DNA of 64,000 bases from Eledone cirrhosa (taxonomy: Eukaryota): contig OZ024742.1 in the NCBI GenBank assembly GCA_964016885.1, forward strand, positions 309,876,001-309,940,000. Reading direction: 5' to 3'. The position numbers were made by a program, and so were the translations under genes. Below are positions 48,325 through 60,331 of this stretch, piece by piece (the stretch's first letter is position 1; each line of letters begins with the position of its first letter). The notes under the pieces were generated by a model, which did no database searches, was not told the DNA's origin, and saw nothing but the letters and a program-made list of their open reading frames with translations.

Positions 48325-49375
48325 CTAGCGCAGTAGATTGGTAGAGCGTCGGGTAAGATGCTCTGTATATGGCCCTTAACGTTCTGTGTTCAAGTCCTGC
48401 CAAAGTTAGCTTTGCCTTTCATCCCTACCGGGTCGATAAAATAAAGTACCAGTCACGCACTGGGGTAGATTAAACCGACTTTCCCCTCCCCTAAAATTGC
48501 TGGCCTTGTGCCTGAATCAGAAACCATTATTATTATAAAGTACCAGTAATGCACTGGGATAATTGCTGGCCTTGTGCCAAATATAGAAACAATTATTATT
48601 AGTATCACTGACAGCGGTGGATTGGCAGTATCGGTAGAGGGTCGGACACCATGCTTTGCAGCATAGAGTTACACCCCTTTACGGTCTGAATTCAAATCCC
48701 ACCGAGGTTAGCTTTACCTTTCATCCTTACGGGATCGATAAAATAAAGTACTAGTCACGCACTGTTTAACCGACTTTCCCCCTCCCCTAAAATCGCTGGC
48801 CGTGTGCCTAAACCAGAAACAACCATTATTATTAGTTCAAATCCCGCCGAGGTTAACTTTGCTTTTCATCCTTACCGGGTCATAAAATAAAGTACCAATA
48901 ATACACTGGATAATTGCTGACCTTGTGCCAAAAAGTAGAAACAATTATTTTTAGTATCAAGGGCGGTGGATTGGCAGTATCGGTAGAGGGTCGGACGCCA
49001 TGCTTTACAGTAAAGAGTTACGGCCCTTTATGATCTGAGTTCAAATCCCGCCGAGGTTAACTTTGCCTTTCGTCCTTACGGGGTCGATAAAATAAAGTAC
49101 CAGTAATACACTGGGATAAATGCTGGCCTTGTGGCAAAAGTAGAAACAATTATTATTAATATCATTTGCTTGGGAAAGGCTGATTGGCACAGTCGTTAGT
49201 ACGTCGGACAAAATGATTAGCGGCATTTAGCTACGGATCTTTACGTTTTAATTTCAAATCCTGCCCAGGTCAACTGTGCCTTTCCCCTTTCCGAGGTCGA
49301 AAGAAATAAAGTACTAGTCAAGTACTTTGTCTTACCCAAATTTGCTGGCCTTGTGCCTAAATTAGAAATTATTAT
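48325..49375 (+). mobile_element. Tandem cluster of about 5-6 SINE copies or fragments (Nin/Deu-like family)
   Basis: Repeated GGCGGTGGATTGGCAGTATCGGTAGAG..GTTCAAATCC..GTCGATAAAATAAAGTACCAG..GCTGGCCTTGTGCC..AGAAAC(ATT)n. Confidence 0.85.
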
Positions 49376-49499
49376 TAATATTATTTCGCCTGTTAAACTT
49401 GGAATCCGTCAAACCTAGGGCTCAGTCGATGTGTTCTCTCTGTGTGTGTGTATATATATATATATACATATATATGAATTTATATATATATATATATAT

Positions 49500-50356
49500 A
49501 TGAATAAAGTTAGTCCTTCATCAGTGATCTTCCAACCATCATTGGTATTTCATCGCTTTAAAGACCATATACCTCCGGTTGGTGCGAGCAGCGGCTAAAA
49601 AAAGTCATTGGGACACGTAAATAAAGGGGACACGAGAGTGTAAACAAACAAAGATGGTGAAACAACGAAAAGTGAGGAAGAACGAGTCAAGTCCCAAATT
49701 TCCATGAATATAAGTTCGGTGAAATCGTGAACGAGAGAGAATAATGAGCATCAAACCTGGTTGGAATGTGAGCAAGGAAGGAATTCCCTACAGGTCTAAC
49801 GGGAGGAAGAAGGAATCTAGTCTGTGAATTCGGTGAACATAAGTTCTGTGAAATCGTAGACGAGAGAGAGAAAAAAAGCGAACCAGCCTGACCAAGAGTG
49901 CGAAAGAAAAGAATTACGCACAGGTCAAACGGGAAGAAGGAGGAGGAGGAGAGGTAGTAACAGAGAGTGAGTGAGTGAAGGGTGAGGAAGAGGCTAACAG
50001 AGAGAGTAAAGATACAGAGAAAGAGGAAGCAGTAAGAACGAAATAGACGGGTCACAGAGGGGGAAAAATATGTGTAAATATGAGAATAAACGTGCTGCGT
50101 GGCGAACTTATATTCATGGAAATTTGGGACTTGACTCGTTCTTCCTCACTTTTCGTTGCTTCACCATCTTTGTTTGTTTACACTCTCGTGTCCACTTTAT
50201 TTACGTGTCCCAACGACTTCTTTTAGCCGTTACTCGCACCAACCGGAGGTATATGGTCTTTAAAGCGATGAAATACCATTGATGGTTGGAAGATCACTGA
50301 TGAAGGACTAACTTTATTCATATGTAACCCATTAGCAACCACGCAGCACGTTTATT

Positions 50357-50359
<3 letters not shown>
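49500..50359. mobile_element. Fold-back insertion in (TA)n (PLE-like, family C)
   Basis: 49500-49718 is inverted relative to 50102-50322, and 50083-50102 is inverted relative to 50339-50358. A CTGATGA lies near the arm end. Confidence 0.65.
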
Positions 50360-50440
<81 letters not shown>

Positions 50441-50556
50441 TAATTTCAGCGAGATTCGGATTTCGGCTGTGGTCGAAAACAAAGCGAAACGCAATATCCG
50501 AGTTATGCTGGCAAGCGTTCCATGGACAAAATAAAGACCAGAGCAATATATATATA

Positions 50557-50610
50557 TTCTCCTGATGATTTCTCCCGAATGAAACAGTCCCAGTCCTAGT
50601 CCTGTAGAAG
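50557..50610 (+). ncRNA. Hammerhead-like motif
   Basis: CTGATGA-TTTC TCCC GAAT-GAAA-CAG..CTG-TA; stem I is weak. Confidence 0.45.
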
Positions 50611-50699
50611 CCATTTCTATATTAAATATTCATACTCTGCTATGTATTGAGTACCTTATTTACTTCGTAGTTACCTCCAATTGAACCTGGGATAAACAT

Positions 50700-50729
50700 A
50701 TCTATATATATATATATATACATTTATAT

Positions 50730-50827
<98 letters not shown>

Positions 50828-50847
50828 TATACTTATATAAATTCACA

Positions 50848-50892
<45 letters not shown>

Positions 50893-50947
50893 CTCTATCT
50901 CTCTCTGTCTTTCTCTCTCTCTGTCTCTCCCTTTCTCTCTCTCTCTC

Positions 50948-51030
<83 letters not shown>
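50700..51030. repeat. Compound (TA)n/(TATC)n/(TC)n microsatellite
   Basis: Includes a pure run of about 10 TATC units at about 50848-50890. Confidence 0.9.
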
Positions 51031-51394
51031 ATGTTATCTTTGGGTCTAAAGACGCACGAGGAGGTTACTTACTAAGGTTGGCAATGCCAACATTTAATGA
51101 GCCGTGCAGTGAGTGCTGCTGCTCAGTAGTAAGTCAGTGATTCAGTGGTAAGACCTCCCAGTTTGGTTGACATCTGCTTCTGCAATTGCATTGCAAGATA
51201 GCGAACGCCGCCTAACGACAGATTTTGGAATTTCATCATTCCTTTACTTTTTTCTCTTCCATTTCTTTTTCAGTTGATTGCTGGTGCTGCTGCTACCGTT
51301 GTTATTGTTGTTATTATTGTTGTTGTTGTTGTTGTTAACTATGGGAAAATAGGCAATCTGCAATGTTTGGCCGTTGCCGTTAAACGCATAAATA

Positions 51395-51486
<92 letters not shown>

Positions 51487-51528
51487 ATGGATATACATAC
51501 ATATGTATGTACGTGTATATATATATAT

Positions 51529-51604
<76 letters not shown>

Positions 51605-52764
51605 CATATGCATTATATATATATATGCATATATGCAAATTACATACACTCATAAATTATGTATGTATATATGTATGTATGTATGTTCTTCTGGTTTTAT
51701 AATGCATGTGTGTATATATGTATGTACGTACACACACATACATATTGGTTAGCGATATATGAATTAAGTTCTAGAACCTGACACCTTTATCACGCCGCAA
51801 TGGTCTCAAGGGAGATAATCATTAAGCCCACGTTTCACACGTTTTTCTTTCTCACTCTACTAGCTCAACAACAACAACAATAGGAATATCATCATCATTA
51901 TTATCAACAGCAACTATATCAGCAACAACTCTGATGATGACAATGACAACAACAATATTTTCAATTAAATCCCTGACTAACCATTTCTAATTACAACTGT
52001 AAACTGTGATTTTACCCTACAAATACTTTACTTAATAACTAAGTCCTTGGTATATTATTCTTGAAACGAAGACGAGATAGGCACGGCTAGAACGAAAAAA
52101 AAAACATCATACACCTACCTCCTCTATTTTCTAATACTGTTGCTAGATTCGCAATTCTTTCAGCTGTTTTCTGTCTTGTTGCTATTGCTGTCGTCATCGT
52201 TGTCGCCATCCTTGTAGTTGTTGTTGATGTTATTGAATGACAAATCTGCATTTGTCATTTCATCTTTCGAACAGTGGGACGTATGCTAATCTGAATATTT
52301 CACAAGAAATTTGGTTTAGCTGAATTCACGCCCAATTTCTGCGACTAGATGTGCTCATTCGCAAGGCCGTTAAACGAACTAGAAATAAAGTGGTGGTTTG
52401 GTTACTAGATTGATTTTTGGTTTAAGTATTAGAATCATCCTTATACAGCAATGCAATGCGAATCTTTTCAATTCGTCATCAACCAGTAAAGTTAAATTTT
52501 AACGGAGAAAAGCCTTTTAAAATATTCAATTTCACTCTTAACGTCTTGTACTGAATGAAACCGCATAAAAAAAAACATTCTTGAAAAGCACAATATAGTG
52601 CTATGACCGTATGGCATTAAAAATTAAAGTATTTATTTAGTTTACTGCAATTTGTCACAACAACCTGTCCACCAGAAAAAGATATTTAAACATCTGAATT
52701 AACAAACCTGGTTTTAGATATTTTCTACCAAATCATTTCATGGTGTTAAGAGTTAAAGATATCG

Positions 52765-52882
52765 GTCTGAGTTCAAATCCCGTCGAGGTTAACTTTGCCT
52801 TTCATCCTTACGGGGATCGATAAAATAAAGTACCAGTAATGTACTGGGTAATTGTTGGCCTTGTGCCAAAAGTAGAAACAAA
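52765..52882 (+). mobile_element. SINE 3' half (Nin/Deu-like family)
   Basis: GAGTTCAAATCC..GATCGATAAAATAAAGTACCAG..AGTAGAAAC. Confidence 0.75.
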
Positions 52883-53074
52883 GATATCAAATCTACGTTG
52901 ACGCTTACATTTACATAGGGCACACATTCATACCAATTAACACATTTTTTCTTTTCATTACTTTTACTGGTTTCCATCATTAGGCTGCAGCCATGCTGGG
53001 GCAGCGCCAGAATCTAGTCGATCATATCGACTTTAGTACTTATTCTGAAATATGGTACTTATTAAAAAAAAAAA

Positions 53075-53560
53075 TGTCCAGCGAGTCTTTCCCGAGACAT
53101 TCTAACCACATGTCCGTAATATCGGGTTGTGATCTCTCAATTCGAAAACGTAGCGGCTCTACCTGGAGTGACTTACAGATCTTCAAGCTACGCACTCTAT
53201 CGAGTAACACTACTCCGAAGACCCTTCGGATGAACCCCATTTTCTATTTGTAATCGTTCGGTCATTACGCAAGATTCATGACCATTGGTAAGGGTTGGCG
53301 CGAATACGGAATTGAAGATAGCAATTTTACGGGCAAAACCAACAGGCAAGAGACCCAGGGGTAGATGTTGAGCAGGATGGTTGGATAATATCCTTGAGCT
53401 CGGCTGGTCTTGCTTGGGGATCCCGCCGGATTAATTGGAGACGGTTGCTTCAGACAGGATCTGTTGGAAGAAGTGCTTGAGAACTCTGTCCCTACGACTG
53501 TCTCTGGTATAAGTGGGAGAAAAAGAAGAAGAAGAAGAAGAAGAAAAAGAAGAAGAAAGA
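53075..53560. mobile_element. RTE-clade LINE 3' fragment with 5' inversion
   Basis: Minus strand 53075-53325 translates MGFIRRVFGVVLLDRVRS..IERSQ. Plus strand 53328-53510 translates KPTGKRPRGR..WLDNI..VASDRICW, followed by a (GAA)n tail. Confidence 0.65.
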
Positions 53561-54157
53561 ACTAATCTATTGTAGAATATAAGACCCCAAACATACACAC
53601 ACAAACACTCACACACTATATGTATAATGTTTCCTTACACAGCCCTGCCCAACATCAAAATACAACACGCCTAAACCAGCCCAAAACAGACCACACAACA
53701 TAGTTACCCAGTTAAATAAGATTAAAATTAAAATTAAAACCAAGTGGTACTAAGCGGTCGAACGTCATCAGGTCACAATTGCTTTCAATATCTGGTTTCT
53801 GTTGATTTGTAGCTACCAGTTTAATTAGTACAAAATACTCTGTAGAGCACTAAATACTATCAACAGAAACACCCTTCGCACCTCAGACCTTTCAACGGGG
53901 AATTTAATCCACAGAAAATCAGATGGATGATACAATATATCATTTTTTTCGTATGCAATTCTGGCCGTCAAAAAGAAAATACAACACATCTAAACTAACC
54001 TTCTTGTGATCTGGTTGAGTTTGACAAATATTTCTAGAAGTAAAGAATACGAAAACAACTTAAATCGGTCGAGAAGAAGAGTAAAATAAACATACATAAT
54101 AGTGAAGTGAGAAACAAGTACGGTGTCAAATTTAGGAGACAGTACAGTAATGTATGT

Positions 54158-54280
54158 GAAGGCATGTGGCTTAGTGGTTAGAGAATTGAATTCGCAATCG
54201 CGAGTTTGCTAGTTTGATTACGGGACCGGACGATGCATTATGCTTTCAAGAAATACACTTTATTTCCCGTTGCTCACTCT
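54158..54280 (+). mobile_element. tRNA-derived SINE 5' part, interrupted
   Basis: A box in GGCATGTGGCTTAGTGGTTAGAG; degenerate B box. Confidence 0.55.
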
Positions 54281-54769
54281 GTTCGGGTGTTGGTCCAGCT
54301 CTTAAAGCCAATGTTTTCTGCTTACCCATCCATATGTATAACACTGTGTAGCTCTCCCGTTTTCGTTCCAGCGAGTAAAGATGTTTTTCAGTCTCTCCCA
54401 CTAACTCATATCTTTCAGTCAGATAAGTTCTATATCATTGATATACATTGTCTTCTATTCTTAAACGACCGATAAAATCCCAGACCTGAGTCGCCTATTA
54501 CGTGGAACTCGTCAAATCAGACAAAGGAAACAATTTTTCCATTGGTTTTTTCCGTTGCTGATACTATCTACCGTCGCAATTCCCGTTGCTCACTCTGCCA
54601 GGAATTGCGACGGTAGATAGTATCAGCATAGTGGGAGTATCAGTATAGTGGGAGAGACTGAAAAACATCTTTACTCGCTGGAACGAAAACGGGAGAGCTA
54701 CGCAGTGTTATACATATGGATGGGTAAGCAGAAAACATTGGCTTTAAGAGCTGGACCAACACCCGAACA
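54279..54769. repeat. Fold-back element with about 120-bp inverted arms
   Basis: 54279-54403 is inverted relative to 54646-54769; inner inverted repeat at 54557-54582 and 54602-54627. Confidence 0.75.
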
Positions 54770-55329
54770 GGACATTATACGCAGGACCAAAAGAGTAAGG
54801 ACCAGATACTGCAAAAGCTATGGGGTGGGGTTCGGTGGGGGCGGCAATTCATTAATATACTACAAAAAACCCTGAGTCATGTACATTCTGCTGTCAAACA
54901 TCTGAGAGATGAGTTCACAGCGTGACAAGAAACATAAATGAGCGCAGCAGTGTCAGACCTCCTCACATATCAATGGTAAAAAAATGAAGGACTGCTATAG
55001 AAAGTGTAACAATAATGGCTATGTCCGAACATGGCATCATCCCATAGACTGGGTCAAGTAGAACAACAGATGCATAAATTCACGATGTATAATTGTTTTA
55101 GCCTCATATATAATGGTTTTCTTTAGATACTGTAAGCTAACTGATGTCAACGACCATCAAAGTCTTATAGCAGTGCAATGACCTTGCTATAATAATGGGG
55201 TCAGTGATTTGCTTAGTTTTGTTGTTCAACCTTGTTTCAGTAGTAGTGATCAAAGAAATAACAAATATGACCGCCACGACTTTTTAAAGGAAAAATGTAT
55301 TTAAGAAATATATTATTAATGTAGCCTTC

Positions 55330-55550
55330 AAGGGCGGTGGATTGGCAGTATCAGTAGAGGGTCGGACGGCATGCTTAGCAGCATAGAGTTACTGCCCTTT
55401 ATAATCTGAGTTCAAATCCCGCCGAGGTTAACTTTGTCTTTCATCCTTCCGGGGTCGATAAAATAAAGTACCAGTCACGCACTGGGGTCGATTTAATCCA
55501 CTTTATCCTCCCCCAAAATTCATGGCTTTGTGACTATATCAGAAATCATT
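55330..55550 (+). mobile_element. Full-length SINE (Nin/Deu-like family) with TSD
   Basis: Flanked by the duplication ATTAATGTAGCCTTC at about 55315-55329 and 55548-55562. Confidence 0.85.
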
Positions 55551-56150
55551 AATGTAGCCTTCCTGTTTAATACTATATGTTCAGATTCGAGGAAGGTTTG
55601 CATGCTATTTCTATTAGATTGATTGACCTTATACCGACACATTTCTATTTCAGATTAGTTTTGAATACTTTCCCAACTTCAGAGTAAGAGATAGAGGTTG
55701 GCTTGTTTTTTTAGATGAATATTCAAATTCTGTAGAGTTCTTCAACATCAGTGCAATAAAACGGTTGTTGACATCAATGAAACCTTCTTCCCTTTAACTC
55801 AACTGTCACATGCTGCGAGACATAGAAATAGTATATTGTTTGCGAGTTGTCATCTAAAATGCAAATATATCTTCATAAAACTCGCCTTAAATATTTTAAC
55901 AATGTGTGGGTTGATAAAACAAAATAAATCCCACTTGTGCACATTTCGAAAAATAGTCAACTATAATATTGTGCTACTTTCTAACAGACCTGTCCAAATC
56001 CGGACAGTAAGAACTTACTTACAGACTTACACATGCGCATCGATCAATTTGCTGATTAGTGACTAATTAGAGTTATATAAATTATCACGAGCAGGCTATC
56101 AAAATTACTTAATGCATACGCGCATGTGAATGTGTGAGTTATCACAAGAC

Positions 56151-56225
<75 letters not shown>

Positions 56226-56229
<4 letters not shown>

Positions 56230-56331
56230 AACGAGTAGGACCTACTCGTTCCTATTACCGACTCTACTACCCTAAGTATTGAGTACTTTGGTGCGTTATG
56301 GTCCACCTGGTTCCTTACCACATTTCCTTCG

Positions 56332-56333
<2 letters not shown>
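56226..56333 (+). mobile_element. Minimal fold-back copy of PLE family B end
   Basis: Perfect palindrome TAGGAACGAGTAGG-A-CCTACTCGTTCCTA plus the same 79-nt extension, inside (TA)n. Confidence 0.7.
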
Positions 56334-56371
<38 letters not shown>

Positions 56372-56819
56372 CAAGGAAAATATTGGCAGCGACTTCGAAG
56401 TTTCGCCTGTCGTTGCCTTCTATATATATGGTGGACTTAATCCGTCACTAGTTTTCAGACTGCCACAGGGCTCTTGTGTGCTTTTAGTGGAGTCCACTCT
56501 ACTCGAACTAGACATTCGATTTGAGGATATCTTTCTCCTTCCCCTCAATACGGAGGACCTGAAAAGGATTGTGAGTACTACCCTTCCACTCCATTAAGCA
56601 TTAAATTATTGCGAAATTCAATTTTCCAGCAAAAAAAAAAAAAAAAAAAATCGTTATTGGCTATGTGAAGTGCCATACAAGAAAAATAACCTTTCATCAA
56701 ACGGAATTTACGATACGGTTTCGGTACCAATTGAAGTTATTATTTTTCACGTATGCCACCATTGCTCTCGTCAAATGCCTGAACACTGCCATCACAATTT
56801 CCCTAGTCAAAAGAAAGCA

Positions 56820-57002
56820 TTTGGCAGTATCGGTAGAGGGTCGGACGCCATCTTTGACGCATTGAGTTACGGTCCTTACCATTCTGAGTTCAAATCCCGC
56901 CGAGGTTGACTTTGCCTTTAATCCTTTCGGGGTCGATAAAATAATGTACCAGTAATGCACTAGGTAATTGCTGGCTTTGTGTCAAAAGTAGAAACAATTA
57001 TT
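56820..57002 (+). mobile_element. SINE (Nin/Deu-like family)
   Basis: Matches the family consensus seen elsewhere in the window. Confidence 0.8.
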
Positions 57003-57067
57003 TTACATTGCCCAAATCGATCAATATGATAGTAGTATCGTGCAAAAGCTAAATGTCATTGTAAAAT

Positions 57068-57258
57068 CAGACCTGTCAACTCTCCCCGTCCGACGGGGAG
57101 ATCTCCCACCCACTTTAAGGTGGTTGAGAGATGTGTTCTTTTGTGACAATGGGTATAGATTCCATTATGTAAAAATCTCCCCATTTTGCCGCGTTTCTAC
57201 CCCTTTTGGGGCTCCTTTATTCATGGTACGTTTGGGTTTTTAGAGGTTGGTAGGTCTG
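57068..57258. mobile_element. Small MITE (hAT-like)
   Basis: Imperfect TIRs CAGACCTGTCAACTCTC and AGAGGTTGGTAGGTCTG, flanked by the direct repeat GTAAAAT. Confidence 0.55.
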
Positions 57259-58189
57259 GTAAAATATAGACGTAGCATGTCTGAATGGTTAAGAAATTGG
57301 CTCCGCAATCATTAGATCCTCGGATCATCTTTTACCACACCCTCGAGTCAGCCTTGTCAGTGCAATTGGGTGGATGTTAACGGTTTGGAAACCCATCGAA
57401 TGAACTGTACCTGTAATTCAAGTACACTCTTGGTACACTCTGTGTCAAGCTGAATCTCCCCGAGAATTACGTTAAAAGTAGGCGTGTCTGTCGAAATTTC
57501 GGCAACTTACAAATTAAGTTTCATGAGTTGGCTGAGCCGTTGATCGAACAAATGGAACACTTACTGTCGATACCGGTGGAGGTCCATCCCATTGTAGAAT
57601 AATTGCTACCACTAGTTCATTAATTTCCTCTTCAGGTCGAAGTACGACAAGTCAAGTGACTTGTTCAAGGACAGAACAGAACGCGATGCCAGTCACAAGA
57701 TAAAAAAAGGATCTCACAACTCCACGAGTGGGAGAGAATGTGTAACTCTATCGTGATGACCGTTGTGTGTTTGTCAAGTGTCGTAAATAGTGTTACCAAT
57801 TAGAAACTAGGATGTCAAGGTGGATGGATGGCGGTGGGGGTGGAGAAGATGTGAGGAGGAGAAGAAGGAGGAGTGGGAGGTTCAGTGTTTTCCTTTCTTC
57901 TTTTCTTTTCAACACCTTTTAACTGATAAGCCTACCTTCGTTGATTAACTCACTTCATTACTCCACCTTATAAACTTACACACTCTGACACACTACTACT
58001 TAGGTTTCATTCACTTTATCTATTTATTTATTTACTTATTTATTCATTTATTCATTCATATATTTATTTATTAATTTGTTTATTTTATATTCTTTTACTG
58101 CTTTCAGTGATTAGGCTGAGGCGATGGTGGAGCACCACATTCTTTTATCAGTTTCAGTCATTAGTAGTCTGCAGTCATGCTGGGGCACT

Positions 58190-58380
58190 ACGGTGGATTG
58201 GCTGTATCGGTAGAGGGTAGGACGCCATGCTTTGACGCATAGAGTTACGGCCGTTGTCATTCTGAGTTCAAATCCCGCCGAGGTTAACTTTGCCTTTCAT
58301 TCTTACGGGGTCGATAAAATAAAGTACCAGTAATGTACTGGGTAATTGCTGGCCTTGTGCCAAAAGTAGAAACAATTATT
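58190..58380 (+). mobile_element. SINE (Nin/Deu-like family)
   Basis: Matches the family consensus seen elsewhere in the window. Confidence 0.8.
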
Positions 58381-58463
58381 TTACTAGTTTCAATCATTAG
58401 TCTGCGACCATGCTGGAGCGCCACATTCTTTTACTAGTTTTAGTCATTTGTCTGCTGTCATAG

Positions 58464-58770
58464 TGGAGGCGCGTGGCCTAGTGGTAAGGGTGTAGGACTT
58501 ACGATCATAATGTCGTGGGTTCGATTCCTGGGCTGGGTTGCGTGTTGTGTTCTTGATACGCGCCATTTCACATTGTTCCAGTATACTCAGCTGTAAATGA
58601 GTACTAGCGATGGAGTACTAGCGATGAGTACTAGCGATGTACTAGATGAGTACTAGATGAGTACTAGCGATGGACTGACGTCCTGTCCAGGGTGAAGTCT
58701 TGTACTCTCAGTCGCTTCACGCCATGAAACAAGACATACACCGGCCTAACGAGCCTAGTGTAAGACTAGA
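58464..58770 (+). mobile_element. tRNA-derived SINE, family 2
   Basis: GGAGGCGCGTGGCCTAGTGGTAAGG..GGGTTCGATTCC, followed by a SINE body with an internal GAGTACTAG(CG)AT expansion. Confidence 0.75.
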
Positions 58771-59402
58771 CATAGTGGGAACAACATTCTTTTACTAGTT
58801 TCAGTCATTAGTCTGAGGCCATGGTGGAGTACCACATTCGTTTACTAGTTTCAGTTATTAGGCTGCGGCCATAGTGAGGCACTACATTCTTTTACTAGTT
58901 TCTGAAAGCCGGTACAGTGGGTAGAAATATATATATATATACTTCCAACTTCCCCACCCTCACAGGCATTAGCGATTCTTTCCGTATCCACCACTCCTTC
59001 ACCTGCACATCCTCCCACGCTGTCTCTGCCCTCCGATTTTTCATTTGCTTGTCTTTATACGTCAAACTTGGTAGGTATATTCTCATCGCCCTTCACTTCC
59101 GTTTTCCAAGCCACTCATCTCTAAGTGTCTCTGTCCCGGATGTCCTTTTGCATCACGGATCACTGGCCTCACGCACCATGACTGAGCAGTGTATGATGTT
59201 CCGCCTTGGGTTCAATTTCTCTAGTGGATTCAACTCCCCTCCCCAATTTCTTTAATCTATATTTACCATTGCACACATACGCTTGCGCTTGCTTCTATAA
59301 CCCTAACACATGTCATATTTACCCCGTCCGCTGTCACACGTGCGCATACATTCACCCCAAGGTTCTTATGGCTTTGTTACAGTTAGAAAACACACACTCA
59401 TT

Positions 59403-60310
59403 AGCTAAAACGATCATAGGCTGACCAAGATACTCTCATAGAATGCAACGAAATGAGTTTTATTTTTTCAACACAGTCCCCGCAACTTCCTCAGTAAGCC
59501 GGCATAGTAATCTCCATAGATGGTGTGGCCCTTTTAGAGATAAATACAATTCCTTTATTATCCACACCTCAAACGGAGGCCATCTCCTTCCCTGCAGATG
59601 AAACGACATTAGCCTTCTTTGGAGCAGGTGTGGAGGGGCGTTTCCACTGCATTGATTGTCTCTTTGTCTCCGGCTCAAAGAAATGAATCAAACAGTCATC
59701 CTAGGTTAGGAAACGTTCAAGGAAGCCAGATGGATCTGCTTCAAACAGTGCTAGATTTTGCCGTAATGTGATCAGCCTGGGGTGCTATTGATCAGGTGGC
59801 ACCCATCGAGCAGAAACCTTCGTTCTGCTAAGTTCATTGTGCAGAATATTCTCCACTCTCTCACGAGATATGATAATATCATTGGCTATTTGATTTATAG
59901 TCAATCACCTCTCATCCATCACCATGTGGTGAACATGATCAATGTTTTCTTCGTTGGATGCAGGACGTCCAGACCTTGGGACTTCCTTAAGACCCTCTCC
60001 TCCCGCCCTAAGTTCAATGTTGATAAAGCTGGAGGGTTATCCCTTAATGTGGCAATCATGTCAGCATGAATGTCCTTGGGGGCTAAACCCTTTTTCTGCA
60101 ACTACTTGATAATATGACAATGCTAAATTTTGTCCATTTCCAAGAGAAGCCGCTAATAGTTATTTTTGAAGTTTTCTTTCAACAGACAGATATCAGTTTA
60201 TATGGAAAGAGACAATGCAGTTATTAATAAGAGTTGAAATTAATGCAAAATTTCATAGCTCTAGCATCATTCCTTCAAAGTCACTTATGAACTTTTCAGC
60301 CCACCCCTCG
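59403..60310 (-). mobile_element. Decayed mariner-family DNA transposon
   Basis: N-terminal HTH KYLQKKGLAPKDIHADMIATL..PALST; 5' TIR CGAGGGGTGGGCTGAAAAGTTCATA; degenerate 3' TIR GCTAAAACGATCATAGG. Confidence 0.75.
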
Positions 60311-60331
60311 CATATATATATATATATATAA

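Noticed and set aside
50260-50320. CTGATGA in the family C arms as a complete hammerhead
   Set aside because: No downstream stem II/GAAA partner was found, so it is at best truncated
58464-58535. tRNA gene
   Set aside because: No proper acceptor stem or T-run terminator; it continues into a SINE body shared with 47140-47410
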